A program made the translations under genes and the position numbers. Shown here in pieces: positions 18,814 through 30,900 of a stretch of DNA of 64,000 nt; position 1 is the first letter of the stretch; each line of letters starts with the position of its first letter. The stretch spans positions 24,001 through 88,000 of IMG/VR virus record IMGVR_UViG_3300037851_000360; one strand, written 5' to 3'. Source of the DNA: a virus (taxonomy: Duplodnaviria > Caudoviricetes). The notes below the pieces were generated by a model. It was not told the DNA's origin. It was given only the letters and a program-made list of their open reading frames with translations, and searched no databases.

Positions 18814-21027
18814 TTATGGGAGGAAGGTTGCGATTGCAACTCTCTTCCAAGTCGATCCACGCTTGAAGTAAACGTAGTCGTCTGCGATTCTGATTTCACC
18901 GGTGATACCAGCGTCAGATGCGCTGATAGGTGCGGTTGCTGTCGTTACCAACACTCCGCTTGCCGTTGCTGCCGTGATGGCATACGATGCGGTTGCGAGA
19001 GGGTTGAAGTTCTGCGCGAACGATGCTGTGACCGAGAACCATGCGTATGAGGCAGTGTCAGCGTTCAAGGCGAACGATGCAGTTCCGGCAAACTGACTTG
19101 CGGCAGTGATACCAGATACATTGGCGTAATCAACATCCAATGCAACTTCAGCGGTCAAGGCATACGATGCTGTTCCTGCGAACTGGCTTGCAGCGGTGAT
19201 ACCGGCGACGTTTGTATATGCTACATACGATGCGGTTCTTGCTGTTTCCACGTAGGAAGCGGTGTTTGCGTCGATTGCGGTGGTTGCCCACGATGCAGTT
19301 CCGACAACATTTCCGAGAAGCGATCCCGTTACGCCACCGTTTGCGGTCAACGGACCAGAGACCAAGAGCGATCCAGAAACATAATCCACAGACGAGGTAA
19401 TCGTCAAAACGTGGAGCGTGTCAACCTGAATTGCCGAAGCGGTCAAAGTCGTCAACGTTACATCCTGACCAATCAAGTTTGCTACGGTTTGAGCCGAAGA
19501 CGAAACGATACTTGAACCCTGAAGGTTTACAAGGGTCTGTGCAGAAGACGAGACAATGTTTGAACCCTGAAGGTTTACAAGGGTCTGTGCCGACGATGAC
19601 ACAATTCCAGAACCACTCAATGCGCCGCCGATATCAACGTTTGTTGCGTAGGATGCTGTTCCTGCGCGGAGTGCGTAGGATGCTGTTCCTGCGAACTGGC
19701 TCGTCGATGTGATGCCTGTTACGTTGGAGTAAGCAACGTTCGAAGCGGTCTGTGCGGTCTGAACGTAGGATGCGGTTCCTGCTACGAGAGCATAGGAAGC
19801 GGTTTCACCTACAGGAACTCCGTTGATGTAGAGAGAACCGGTGATGAGAACCGAACCGGTGAACTCGGATACGTCTGTGAGAGAATCACCAAATACGTTC
19901 GAGCCTGCGCCACCCGTTAGAGTGATGGAACCCGAAACGTTAAGAGAACCGGTGAACTCGTGAACGTTTGCGCTGGTCGAACCTGCGATAACGTTGCCAT
20001 TTACATCGGCGTTTCCTGTTACTGCGACATTTCCACCTACAGAAGCGTCACCCGATACGGCGACAGCGGATGCTGTGACCTGACCGAATGTTACGTTGCT
20101 TGTTCCGGAGAATGCTACGCCGCCGCCGTTTTCAAGTTGTGCGGAGGATGTTACGATGTTGGCAGGCTTGCTTGCTACGTTTGCCCACTGAACATACGAT
20201 GCCGTCTGTGCCGTCGTTACATAGGATGCTGTGAAAGCATTTACTACATACGAAGCGGTTGCAGCGGTGATTGCGTATGATGCGGTTGCAAGAGGATTGA
20301 AGTTTTGAGCGAACGATGCGGTCAAAGCATTCAATGCATAAGAAGCGGTTCCGGCAAACTGGCTTGTGGAAGTAATTCCAGTTACGTTGGAGTAAGCAAC
20401 GTTGGAGGCTGTCTGAGCCGTTTCAACGTATGATGCTGTCTGAGCCAACGAAGCATTTGATGCCCAAGATGCGGTTCCAACAACGTTACCGAGGAGTGAA
20501 CCGGTCACACCACCGTTTGCGGTCAATGGTCCTGTGACCAAGAGTGAACCGGAAACATAGTCAACCGATGAAGTAATGGTTAGAACGTGGAGGGTATCTA
20601 CCTGAATGGAAGATGCCGTCAACGACGTTAGTGTTACTGTCGTTCCAACGAGGTTGGCAACCGTCTGTGCCGAAGACGAAACGATGCTTGAACCTTGGAG
20701 GTTAACAAGTGTTTGCGCCGAAGACGAGACGATGCTCGAACCCTGAAGGTTTACGAGAGTTTGTGCAGAAGAAGAAACGACGCTCGTTCCTTCGAGAGCC
20801 GCACCGAGAACGGTTGGGCTGACGTAGGATGCCGATTGTGCCGTTTCAACATACGAAGCGGATTGTGCGACCTCGACATACGAAGCAGATGGTGCCGTTG
20901 CGGAAGCAACAAGACCACCTGTGCCGTCAGTTCTGACGAGGAGGTTTGAACCGCTTAGAACGGTTTCAACGAAATTGGAGTTTGCTCCATTACGTTGCGT
21001 TAGTACGATATCATAGGGATTAGACAT
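18814..21027 (-). CDS. ASY-repeat fibre protein with internal duplication (737 aa)
   Basis: Two ~150-aa duplicated blocks; C-terminal GEIRIADDYVYF...WKRVAIATF motif shared with 23928. Confidence 0.75.
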   Translation of the reverse strand: MSNPYDIVLTQRNGANSNFVETVLSGSNLLVRTDGTGGLVASATAPSASYVEVAQSASYVETAQSASYVSPTVLGAALEGTSVVSSSAQTLVNLQGSSIVSSSAQTLVNLQGSSIVSSSAQTVANLVGTTVTLTSLTASSIQVDTLHVLTITSSVDYVSGSLLVTGPLTANGGVTGSLLGNVVGTASWASNASLAQTASYVETAQTASNVAYSNVTGITSTSQFAGTASYALNALTASFAQNFNPLATASYAITAATASYVVNAFTASYVTTAQTASYVQWANVASKPANIVTSSAQLENGGGVAFSGTSNVTFGQVTASAVAVSGDASVGGNVAVTGNADVNGNVIAGSTSANVHEFTGSLNVSGSITLTGGAGSNVFGDSLTDVSEFTGSVLITGSLYINGVPVGETASYALVAGTASYVQTAQTASNVAYSNVTGITSTSQFAGTASYALRAGTASYATNVDIGGALSGSGIVSSSAQTLVNLQGSNIVSSSAQTLVNLQGSSIVSSSAQTVANLIGQDVTLTTLTASAIQVDTLHVLTITSSVDYVSGSLLVSGPLTANGGVTGSLLGNVVGTASWATTAIDANTASYVETARTASYVAYTNVAGITAASQFAGTASYALTAEVALDVDYANVSGITAASQFAGTASFALNADTASYAWFSVTASFAQNFNPLATASYAITAATASGVLVTTATAPISASDAGITGEIRIADDYVYFKRGSTWKRVAIATFLP

Positions 21028-21054
21028 ATCAGTGACTTATGGTTAAGGTTGTAT

Positions 21055-21062
21055 AATAAATA
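21055..21062 (-). promoter_or_regulatory. putative late promoter motif TATTTATT
   Basis: Upstream of the ATG at 21027. Confidence 0.5.
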
Positions 21063-21081
21063 ACTGGCAAGGTGAGTAAAA

Positions 21082-21474
21082 TTACGACAAAATCAATGTA
21101 AGGTCGTAAATCTTCAAAGGGTCTTCAACCGGTCCGGCACCAGAAGCGGTAATATTGCCTACCAACTTGTCTTCTTTCCCTTGGTTGTTGATGAATGGAA
21201 CTTCAACATACCAAACTTTTGATGTGTTCACACCTTCGCCGTTGCCACGATACTCGGTCTTGATGATGTTGAACGGAAAGCCGAGTTGTGATGCGGTCTC
21301 CAAAATCTTCTTCACACCATTCCAGTATTCATCCTTGAAAAAACCGGTAGTTAGGTTGTGAAGTTTGGAGTAGGCAAATGTCTTTGCCGACTGTTTGGAA
21401 CGGCCGTCGAGTTGGTTTTTCACGGCAGGTTCTTGGTTTTCATTCAAATCTCTAAAAAAATCTCGATATTTCAT
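21082..21474 (-). CDS. putative internal head protein (130 aa)
   Basis: CTS-like start MKYRDFFRDLNE; late motif upstream. Confidence 0.55.
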   Translation of the reverse strand: MKYRDFFRDLNENQEPAVKNQLDGRSKQSAKTFAYSKLHNLTTGFFKDEYWNGVKKILETASQLGFPFNIIKTEYRGNGEGVNTSKVWYVEVPFINNQGKEDKLVGNITASGAGPVEDPLKIYDLTLILS

Positions 21475-21491
21475 GGTTCGGTTGCCTAACC

Positions 21492-21533
21492 ATAAATATA
21501 GATGCTTAGAAAGATAATTGCATCCTATTTATA
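21492..21533. promoter_or_regulatory. divergent pair of late motifs (minus 21492-21500, plus 21525-21533)
   Basis: TATATTTAT toward 21474 and CTATTTATA toward 21548. Confidence 0.55.
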
Positions 21534-21547
21534 CATGACGACAAAAT

Positions 21548-23926
21548 ATGATAGCGGTAAACCTCATCCTCATAACAGGATCGTTGGCGGGCACATCCTC
21601 CCTCGGTCCGGCACATAAAGACCAATTCTACTATGCGACCGATTATCGGGGTGGAACGCTGTACTACAGCAATGGAGTCATTCCTCCTATACAAATCGGC
21701 TCGTCGCTCACAGCATCATACGCCACGTATTCGATTCAGTCGAGCCAATCACTTTCCTCCGTCAGTGCGGTCAGTTCAAGTTATGCAGTTACCGCTGTCA
21801 CCTCAAACTACGCACTGACGGCAGGAACCTCTTTATCCGCATCTTTTGCTGCACAAGCAAGGTCTGCGTCATATGCTCTCACGGCAAGTTACCTAACCGG
21901 AGTCACATCCGGTACAGCAAGTTTTGCCGTGACCGCATCATACGCACTTACGGCAAGTTACCTAAATGGATTCAATGGGGGAACGGCATCTTGGGCGATT
22001 TCGGCATCAAGAGCAATTTCTTCAGAAACGGCAGACTCGACGCCATTTGCATTGACAGCATCGTATGCCCTGAATGCGGGAACTGTTCCAACCGCTTCAT
22101 TCGTTGTGACCGCCTCGGGCGCTCTATCCAATCTCACAGCATCTTACGCACTAACCGCCAGTTACATTTCCGGATTCAGTGTTACTGCATCTTGGGCGGT
22201 TTCGGCATCGCGAGCCGTTTCGGCAGAAACCTCCGTTTCTTCAAGCACATCAATCAGTTCAAGTTATGCTTTAACCGCATCGTTTGCTCTTAATGCCGCT
22301 TCTGTTCCAACGGGGTCATTCGTCGTCACTGCATCTGGTGCACTATCAAATTCAACGGCATCATATGCTCTCACAGCAAGTTATATGAAGAACCAAGGAA
22401 CTTCCAGTGGATACATCATTGGAAATGCCATGGATGGTTTTTATGGTCCGGGATCAACGGGTTCAGTTGCCAACATCCAAGAAGGAGACCGTGTGGAAGA
22501 CGCATTAAACAAAATCGATGACATTCTGTTCAAGTTGGCACCAGCGCGACCACCAAATCTGAGTACAAAGTCTCTCACGTTGGGCGGAATTTACACTGCA
22601 AATCTCGCAGGTACCAATACAGCAATTACGACAGTAACTACCGATACAACTCCTCTATTCACTCTATCCGGAGGAATGACTTCTTCCAATGCGTTTGGAG
22701 ACGGCGATGCAGGAGAACTTTCAGCATCACTCAATGGAACGACAATCGGTTCCCGTCTGCTATCGGCAGCAGATGATTCGGGATCATACGGAGATTTGGG
22801 AATCACACTCGACATTGACTATTACCTTGGTCAAGCCGGTAAAGCCGGATTCTGGAAGGCACTGCTTGCACAGGTCAATGTTTCTTCCCCGATTGCCACG
22901 GTTGGTCCTCACAGCGCATCTCTAAAGCACACGACGACGGGTCAAACTCCGGATTACATCTTCTACATCGACACTCCGGTTACACCAACAGCCGTCACGG
23001 GAAGTGTTGTTGCGTCTGGTGTGACCTATATCTCGGGCGTTCCGGCTTTGGTTGGTGGAGTAAGTGCCTCGGCAATTTTACTATCAGCAACCGCATCCAA
23101 TACGGTTGGTCGTTTCTACAACACCACGAGAATATTTCAAGGTTCTGGAACGGGTGTCACCGCTGCAAACTTTACCCTGCCATCCTCACCGGCATCAGGT
23201 TCGATTCAATCGGGTTCAAGATCATACACCGTCAACGCTTCCAGCACTACGGAAAATGCATCTTACACGGTGACGGCTTACAACTCGTTTGGAACGACCG
23301 CCACGAACACAATCACCAACACACGAATCCGTATGGATTCCACAGTCGATCCTTCGACTCGTGTAAGGTCTGGTCAAGGTCATTACCCAACATCCGGTTC
23401 ACTCGCTTCCCAATACGCTGGAGCATTTGATTCTACAACATCCCTCTCGGGTTCCGGAAGCGAAGAACTTCAAATGCTGAATGGTCAGTTCCAATACCCA
23501 ACCGGAAACTACACAGGTTCCGTTCCGGTGGCAGGACCGAACTATTCATCGGTTCCAACGGGATCGTTCAATAACTTCCGCTGGGTGACATTCAACATGG
23601 GTTCGATTGTCAACAAGGCAAACATTCAAGTCAATTTCTCCAATACTACAGGATTCACAACTGTCGTTCTAACCAACTTCCAACTCGGAGTTCGTGTAGA
23701 AGGATCAACCCCGACCGCTGGTTGGGTTGATGGCAACGTGGCATTTCCGGGTGTTGGCGATCCTACAAACAACGGTGATGCCGCACTTGTTATTGCAAGT
23801 TCGACGGCAACATCAAAATTGGTTACGTTTGGAACGGCTGTAAAAACTGGAACGGTATTTGTTCGTGTTGGAATACCTCTCGGTGACACTAAGAAGTTCG
23901 GCGGAATCACGATAACAGCGACCTAA
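21548..23926 (+). CDS. large ASY-repeat virion structural protein (792 aa)
   Basis: ASY repeats followed by a Thr/Ser/Gly-rich beta region. Confidence 0.65.
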   Translation: MIAVNLILITGSLAGTSSLGPAHKDQFYYATDYRGGTLYYSNGVIPPIQIGSSLTASYATYSIQSSQSLSSVSAVSSSYAVTAVTSNYALTAGTSLSASFAAQARSASYALTASYLTGVTSGTASFAVTASYALTASYLNGFNGGTASWAISASRAISSETADSTPFALTASYALNAGTVPTASFVVTASGALSNLTASYALTASYISGFSVTASWAVSASRAVSAETSVSSSTSISSSYALTASFALNAASVPTGSFVVTASGALSNSTASYALTASYMKNQGTSSGYIIGNAMDGFYGPGSTGSVANIQEGDRVEDALNKIDDILFKLAPARPPNLSTKSLTLGGIYTANLAGTNTAITTVTTDTTPLFTLSGGMTSSNAFGDGDAGELSASLNGTTIGSRLLSAADDSGSYGDLGITLDIDYYLGQAGKAGFWKALLAQVNVSSPIATVGPHSASLKHTTTGQTPDYIFYIDTPVTPTAVTGSVVASGVTYISGVPALVGGVSASAILLSATASNTVGRFYNTTRIFQGSGTGVTAANFTLPSSPASGSIQSGSRSYTVNASSTTENASYTVTAYNSFGTTATNTITNTRIRMDSTVDPSTRVRSGQGHYPTSGSLASQYAGAFDSTTSLSGSGSEELQMLNGQFQYPTGNYTGSVPVAGPNYSSVPTGSFNNFRWVTFNMGSIVNKANIQVNFSNTTGFTTVVLTNFQLGVRVEGSTPTAGWVDGNVAFPGVGDPTNNGDAALVIASSTATSKLVTFGTAVKTGTVFVRVGIPLGDTKKFGGITITAT

Positions 23927-23927
23927 G

Positions 23928-24935
23928 ATGCCTAATACCAACCAACAAGCCGACCTACTCTTCAAGAAGTCCCTCGGAAAAGGTTCTTCGGGAACATCAT
24001 CGTTTTATTTCAACGAACCAATCAACGGAAGAATTGCAGTTTTCCCCACGCAGATTTGGCAAGACCAAGGGCTCATTCCAGTCACAGCATCGTATTTGAA
24101 TGGAATCGTTGAGCAAGTATTGACTCAATCTCTGATTCAAGTTCCCGGTCAACCCGCCGCCTATTACCACCCCAATCTAAGAGATGCCATCCCGTTCAAC
24201 TACGACCCTTCCGGATCGTATGTTCCACAGGTGATGAAGAATGACCTGACACCAATTGCATTCGGTGAAAATGATTGGGTTATCGACATTGATACGGGAA
24301 TGCTCACTTTCTATAGTGGCGTTCCAACCGGTGTGACCGATCTTCTTCCTCCAAAGGTAACCTTCTGGAAGTACATTGGTTCAAAAGGAATCCCAACAGG
24401 ATCGGTTACGGCATCATACGCATTGACTGCCAGTTATGTTGAAGGAGTCAACGCAGCAACCGCAAGTTGGGCGATCACCGCATCGTATGCACTTTATGCA
24501 GAAACGGCGTCGGTTGCAACTTCGGCTTCTTATTCCGTCTCGGCATCCTACGCAACTTTTGCAAGAACTTCGGTTTCCTCAAGTTACTCCGAAACCGCCT
24601 CGTATGCGTTTACGGCGTCTTATGTTCAACAGGCTCAATCGGCACTGTCGGCAACATCGGCTTCATATGCAGCCAGCGCGAGTTATGCCCAATCGTCACT
24701 TTCTTCAAGTTATGCGGTAAGCGCATCCTACGCAGTAAGCGCATCGTATTCGGTCTCGGCATCATACGCCGCCACATCATCCGTTGCTCTTTTTGCATTG
24801 AGCATTGAAGTTGCCACACCTCCTACATCACCATCAGACCCCGGAATTCAGGGTCAATTTTCGATAGACGATGACTATTTCTATATCTTCTGGAATGGGG
24901 TTTGGAGTCGCCAAACAAGAAACACGGTATGGTAA
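23928..24935 (+). CDS. ASY-repeat virion structural protein
   Basis: Globular N-domain, ASY repeats, C-terminal GQFSIDDDYFYIFWNGVWSR motif. Confidence 0.65.
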   Translation: MPNTNQQADLLFKKSLGKGSSGTSSFYFNEPINGRIAVFPTQIWQDQGLIPVTASYLNGIVEQVLTQSLIQVPGQPAAYYHPNLRDAIPFNYDPSGSYVPQVMKNDLTPIAFGENDWVIDIDTGMLTFYSGVPTGVTDLLPPKVTFWKYIGSKGIPTGSVTASYALTASYVEGVNAATASWAITASYALYAETASVATSASYSVSASYATFARTSVSSSYSETASYAFTASYVQQAQSALSATSASYAASASYAQSSLSSSYAVSASYAVSASYSVSASYAATSSVALFALSIEVATPPTSPSDPGIQGQFSIDDDYFYIFWNGVWSRQTRNTVW

Positions 24936-24954
24936 GTTTTTACCCGCCAATCCC

Positions 24955-24963
24955 ATATTTATA
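24955..24963 (+). promoter_or_regulatory. putative late promoter motif ATATTTATA
   Basis: 4 nt upstream of the ATG at 24968. Confidence 0.6.
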
Positions 24964-24967
24964 GAAG

Positions 24968-27900
24968 ATGAACGAGTTGACGAAACATTTGGTTGAGGGA
25001 GTGATTAACGAAATCGCAATGGCACCTATCCCGGTGTTCATATATTCCGGTCATTTTCAACCACCGCATTTGGGAAACAAGTGGGTCTGGGACTGGCTCG
25101 CAAAGACAAGAGGAGCGGACAAATGCTTCATTGCGACTCCAAGTGATGCTTCACCACTGACCTTTGCCGAAAAGAAATCGGTATTCGCAGCGATGGGAAT
25201 GGATTCATCAAAGGTCAACCAATCCATCGGTTTGTTTAGAGCGCCATCCATCACTGAAAAGTTCGACGTGAACAAGTATGCATTCGTTTATGTTGTGAAT
25301 GAAGTTGATGCCGGAAACGTTCCCCCTCGCTTCAAGCCATACAAAGATAAGATGGTGATCACACCACACATCCTTGGCGAATCATACTACATGGTCGTTC
25401 CGAAGGAAGCATTCACCGTTGGAGGAATCACAATTGACGACGAAAAGGTTATCAAGTTCCTCGGCTCACCAAAGATGGATTACAAAACCTCAATGGAGGC
25501 ATTCCACAAGTTCTTCGGATTCTTCGATGAGCACATGTTCAATGTTCTCGTGAAGAAGTTTGAGAAAACCGTTAAGGAAGACATTACCCCAATAGTTCAG
25601 ACAACGGAGCAATCGTCAAGCCTTTCACCTCAATTCAAGGCACCGACACTAAGCGTTTCTGAGAGAGCCTCTCTTGCTGAAAGAATGGGAGTCGAACAAT
25701 CGTGGGTAGATGAACTTTTGACAGAAGACCCCGATGGCGTTGATGATGGAGATGAGGTGCATCCTTGGGATAGCCGTCAGGCATACCCATTCTTTTTGAT
25801 TGACGACTTTTTGTTGGTCGGAAGACCAGCATCCACACACAGAAGTTTGATCAAGGCTCTGAACTTCACTCCAGACGACCTCCACCGATTCACTCGACCG
25901 AATAATACCGACTCAGCGTTTTACGTTGAAAAGTTGAAAAGCATTCTTCAAAACAATTTGGATTATCTTGAGATGGATGATCCCGACGATGAGTTTAACG
26001 GGGCGTATGAACGAGACGAAGCATCAATGAAATTCGTTGCCGGAAGATTGTGGAAAAACGAACAGATAATATCGTTTTGGTCTCCAAAATCCCTCGTGGT
26101 GAAAAATTGGGAAACTCTGAAAAAAGCAGTGTCAAAATTTCATTCGTTTGGCAACCTCGACGACTATAGAATTGACTGGATTGAAAGAGATTCAAGCGAG
26201 CCTATGACCGATGGTTCGTCAATATCATCAACTTCATCCAATACGAAAGACGACTTGTCTCCAGAAGAATACAAGAAGTTGCTATCAAAGCAGCATCTTG
26301 ACCCAAACGCCAAGAAAGTATTGGCAAAGATGGCAGAACATCCAAACAAAGCCGCTGAAATCGCCGATAAACTTGGTATGTCTGTGGCAGAACTCAATCA
26401 CTTGATTGGTGTTGTGGCAGAAGGAGCGACGGCACAAATCTTGAAAGAAGACCCGGATGAAGTTGTCGATGAAGATGGAACGGCAATCGCATATTTGGAG
26501 GAGAATGACACAAGAGCATTCTTCTTCTTTGACGACGTTGCCATTTTCTCCATTCCCGGTGGTCGCCACGAGGAACTATTCAACACCATCAAAAGAGTTG
26601 CCGAAGTCGGGCGGTTCGACCGTGTTGACCTTGAAAGAATGGTCATTGCTGATGGAAAGCCAAACAAAGCAGACTTGGTTCGAGTAGTTCGTGCATTCAC
26701 AAAATACAAGAGTCAGATTTTCAGTGGTTCTGGAAGAAACATTGCCGGTGTTCTGGTTGGTAGAGTGTGGACAGAAAAGAAACTCATGTCGTTCTGGACA
26801 CTGAAGAGGGTTGCCATCAAGAGTTGGGATAACGTCGAGAAGATTTTCCAACAGTTTCCAAACCTTCTAGGAAACCGTCATGAATACAGAATCGACTGGC
26901 TCGAACGTGCATACAAGAAGCCGATTCCTCCATTGACAAGATTTGACAATGCACGTGATGGAGCACCAGAGGAGAAGATCACCCCCGAGAAGTTGAAAGA
27001 CCTTCTATCCAAGCAACACCTTGACCCAAAGGCAAAGGAAATCTTAAAGAAGGTTCAGGGTCTTCCTCCCAACAAGGCAGCACACCTCGCCACATTGCTT
27101 GGATTCAACAGCCCGGCAGAAATGTTCTATCACCACGGGCACGACGGAAGCGGTGGAACTCAAAAGATAAATGAAGACCCCGGAGAGGTTTACGAGAAGA
27201 ACAAAGAGATTCTCAACTACACCGCCGAGGATGCAGTTATTTTCATCACACTTGAAGACGGAACGATCTTTGGCGGAAACGGAATGCTTCACGAAGAACT
27301 TTATCACAGCATTCTCAGTTACATTTTCAAGCGAGAATGGAAGTATGTGGAAAATGATGGATATTTCTCCGATCAAAAGAAAGTGGAACGTTATCTAATC
27401 ATCAAAGGAAAATACCTCGCAGATCATGACAAGATTCAAGATGATGGTCGATCACCATATAAGGGTTTGGCGGGAAGAATTTGGACAGACAAGAGAGTAA
27501 TTTCATTCTGGCAAACTCCGGAAGAAACTCGTCCACACTGGAAGAAGATTGAAGAAGCGTTTGCTCGCGATCCTCAACCCTGCCGCCAAAAGGATGGTTC
27601 GACAAAGAACAGCCAACCACTTCACCTAGGAAAACTTGAAGAATACCGTCTCGACTTCGTTGATAGTGGCGGAAATGCTGACGGATTGATTCCAGTTCAA
27701 AGTTTCCTATCAGGTGAGATGAAAAAGAGCCGCCTATCCCCCGAGGAATACAAAGAACTTCTCGCAAAACAGCACCTTGATCCAGAGGCAAAGAAAAAAC
27801 TTGCCGCCGATCTTGAAGGTGGTCCTTATAACAAGGCTGCTGAATTGGCAAAGAAACTTGGCTACGACTCTGTTGCTCAGATGAACGCTGACATTCACAC

Positions 27901-30900
27901 AAATCTCGACGAGAAGAAACTCACGGAGAGCCCCGATGTTGTACGCGACGTTGCACGTGAAGATGATGCTGAGATGCCAAGAGATTTGGCTACATACGGA
28001 GATGCTGACGCCACCACGTTTGTTGCATTTGAAAACTTCGACATCACCACGGGAATGTATCACTATCACATTTTCAAGGCACTCCAAGAATTTGACAGAA
28101 TGGGAAATTGGAAATACGCCGATGGAAACTACATGGATTTTGATAAAGAGGCTGCTGCGGAATACATTCGCAGCGATCTTCCAGAAGAATTTGACGGGTC
28201 TGATGTGAATGAGGGTCGAGAATTCCCACACGCTCTTGCGGGGCGTCTCTGGACCAATAAGAAAATCATATCATTCTGGCATCATCAATCCGAAGTTCAA
28301 CACTACTGGAATAATGTGGTGGAAATGTTCCAGAGACACACCGAGTTTGGTTCGTTGGATGATTACCAGATCGATTGGTTGGAACGGTCGGAGGATTTGA
28401 CTCTTCCGCTAACCAAGGCAAGTACGTCAGCCAAGCCGAACATAGAAAAGAAAACTAACTCTTCTGTGGATAAATTGGATGCCGTCAAGAAGGCTATGCA
28501 CGTTATGGACCCGGGTGCGAAGGGTCAACTCATGAAAATGCTCCAAGGTGCAAGCCCAAACAAAAAGCAAGAGATTGCCGACAAACTTGGAATTTCCGTG
28601 GCACAACTCAATGCTATGGATCGCATGGATGAAGCAGTCAATTCTCCAGACAAGCCGGTAATCGCAATTTACTCGGGAAGATTCCAACCATTCCACATCA
28701 ACCACTACAAGGCATATCAGGAAATGGTCAAGGAGTTCGGTAAGGATAACGTATTCATCGTCACCAGCGATAAGACGGAACCCGGCACCAGCCCATTCGA
28801 TTTCAAGCAGAAGTCGCAAATCATGACTCGTGTGTTCGGTATTCCACAGAGACAAATTGTGGAAGCACTTCACATGAATGGCGACAAGCCAAACCGTGGT
28901 CCATACTTCACCATCGACAAGACGGCAGGAAAGTTGAGCGATTGGATGAAGGAAATCGCGAAGCGTATGGGAATGAACCCCGACAATCCACCCCCATTCG
29001 GTCTCGTCATCGGATTTGGTGGCAAGGATGAAGCCAGAAGCAGAATCGCCAAATCTGAATACTCTCCCGGAAAGCCCGTTCCAAATTTCATGCCCGAAGG
29101 AAACGTCATGTCGTTTACCATTCCAATGCAGGATGTGAATTTCAAGGGACACGTCATCAATGGAACCATGGTTCGAGAAATCATCACGAAGCATCCCGAG
29201 ATGGCTGATATGCTATTCAAGATTCTCTATCCACAGGGAATCGATCCACAGACAAAGGCTATGATCGTTTCCACGATCCAGTCGTCAATTGCACCAGAGC
29301 CAAAGGTAAAGAAGAAAAAACTTGAAGAAGGAGTTCAGTTCGGATTCATTAAGCACATCGAAGACATGTCTCCAGAAGAACTCTTGAATTTTTTCAAGTT
29401 GTGGAATGCGGATCAAACGAAATTTGAGACGTTCGAGAAGGTAGACGGAAACTTCTATCGATTTGGATTGAGCGTTGGAAAGTTCTACGTCAAAGATTCC
29501 AAGCAGGCTTATAACAAACCCGAAGAATATCCAGAGCCATACTTCTACGATGACTTCCGTCGATTCCATGCGGAATTGCAAAAGATCGATTGGTCTCTCA
29601 TCTTGAAAGAAGTTGGAGCATACGACAATCTGAACTTCGAAGCCGACAGTGAAGCCGTTCCACACGCTCACCACAATCAGGTTGAGTACAATGGAAAGAT
29701 CATCGGTGAAGGAATCGTTGTCATCTTTGGATTGACAATGGATGGATCGAAGACCGACTACAACACTATTGTCAAGTTCTGCAAGAAGGCAAACGAGCAC
29801 AGCCCAAAGATCAAATTCCACGCTGTTCCAAAGGTTGACCTTTCCAAGATCAAGTTCGACACATCCACGGTCGAGACTCTGGAATCTCTCATCACCAAGC
29901 ACGGAAACTTCCTCAAGAAGCCTGCTAGAAAGCCAGAAGACAAAGCCCTCAAGCAAAAGATTCTCGGTTTGATCCATGACATTGCTGTTAAGGCAAAGAA
30001 TCGCGTGTTTTCCACAAACATCAAGTCGGCATTCGGTCAAGACTATGAAGGAATGGTCGTTCACCTTCCCGGTGGAGGTATGGTCAAGTTCGTTGACAAA
30101 GACAAGTTCACAAAGTCGAAGGATGAAAGTTGGAAGGTCATCTCCGACATGGATTCCGTTCTCAAGCCAATTCGCGACGATATGAAGAAAGGTGTCGCTG
30201 ACGGGATGATGCAGAGATTGCAATCCGCCAAGACACAAATCACCACAATCTACAACGCCTTCAAGAAGAATCCCGAATCGGTAAAGAGCGAAAAGAAGCG
30301 TGAGGATACTCACAAGCACTATGACCTTCTCATGAAACAGATTGACAAGGCATTGGCTTCTCTTCAGCAGGGTCAACCTGTAACCCAACTGCGCGAAAGC
30401 GGAAAGGCAGTCGGTGAGGTCAACCCAATCCCAAGAAGTTACCTTGAAAAAACCGTTGAGCACGCTCTCAACATTTGGGGATTCAAGGGAACCCCATACG
30501 AACTTCTTGGAAACATCAACAAGGATATCCTCGGAGATATTGACGTTGGAATCGATTACCCACATGTAGAAAAAGTCGTAGGTGCTGCGCCCGACTCTCC
30601 CGATTTCTGGCAGAAGGTTGAAGAATACTTCAGCAAGCAGTCGAGTAAGGTTCAAGGTCGCGAACCGAAATACAAGATCATGAAGGGTCTCGAAATCGTT
30701 TCCGTTCTTTCCTTTGCCGTTGATGAAACTGGCAAGGTTCATCCCGAACTACCAGTTCAGGTTGACATTGCATTCGGCGACATGAAATTCATGAAAGCCG
30801 GTCGCAGCGGAGCACCAAAGGATAGCAAATACAAGGCTCTCCACAGAAACATTCTCCTTGCTGATATCCTCTCGACTATCTACCACGAGCAGGTAGACGA

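Noticed and set aside
2209-24935. CRISPR array or non-coding tandem repeats
   Set aside because: The repeats are in-frame and degenerate at third positions, with no constant repeat/unique spacer pattern
29285-30742. 485-aa antisense ORF and other long shadow ORFs (28427, 31256, 40524, 45501, 53385, 56463)
   Set aside because: They lie opposite well-supported genes, have no motifs or promoters, and are expected from codon bias
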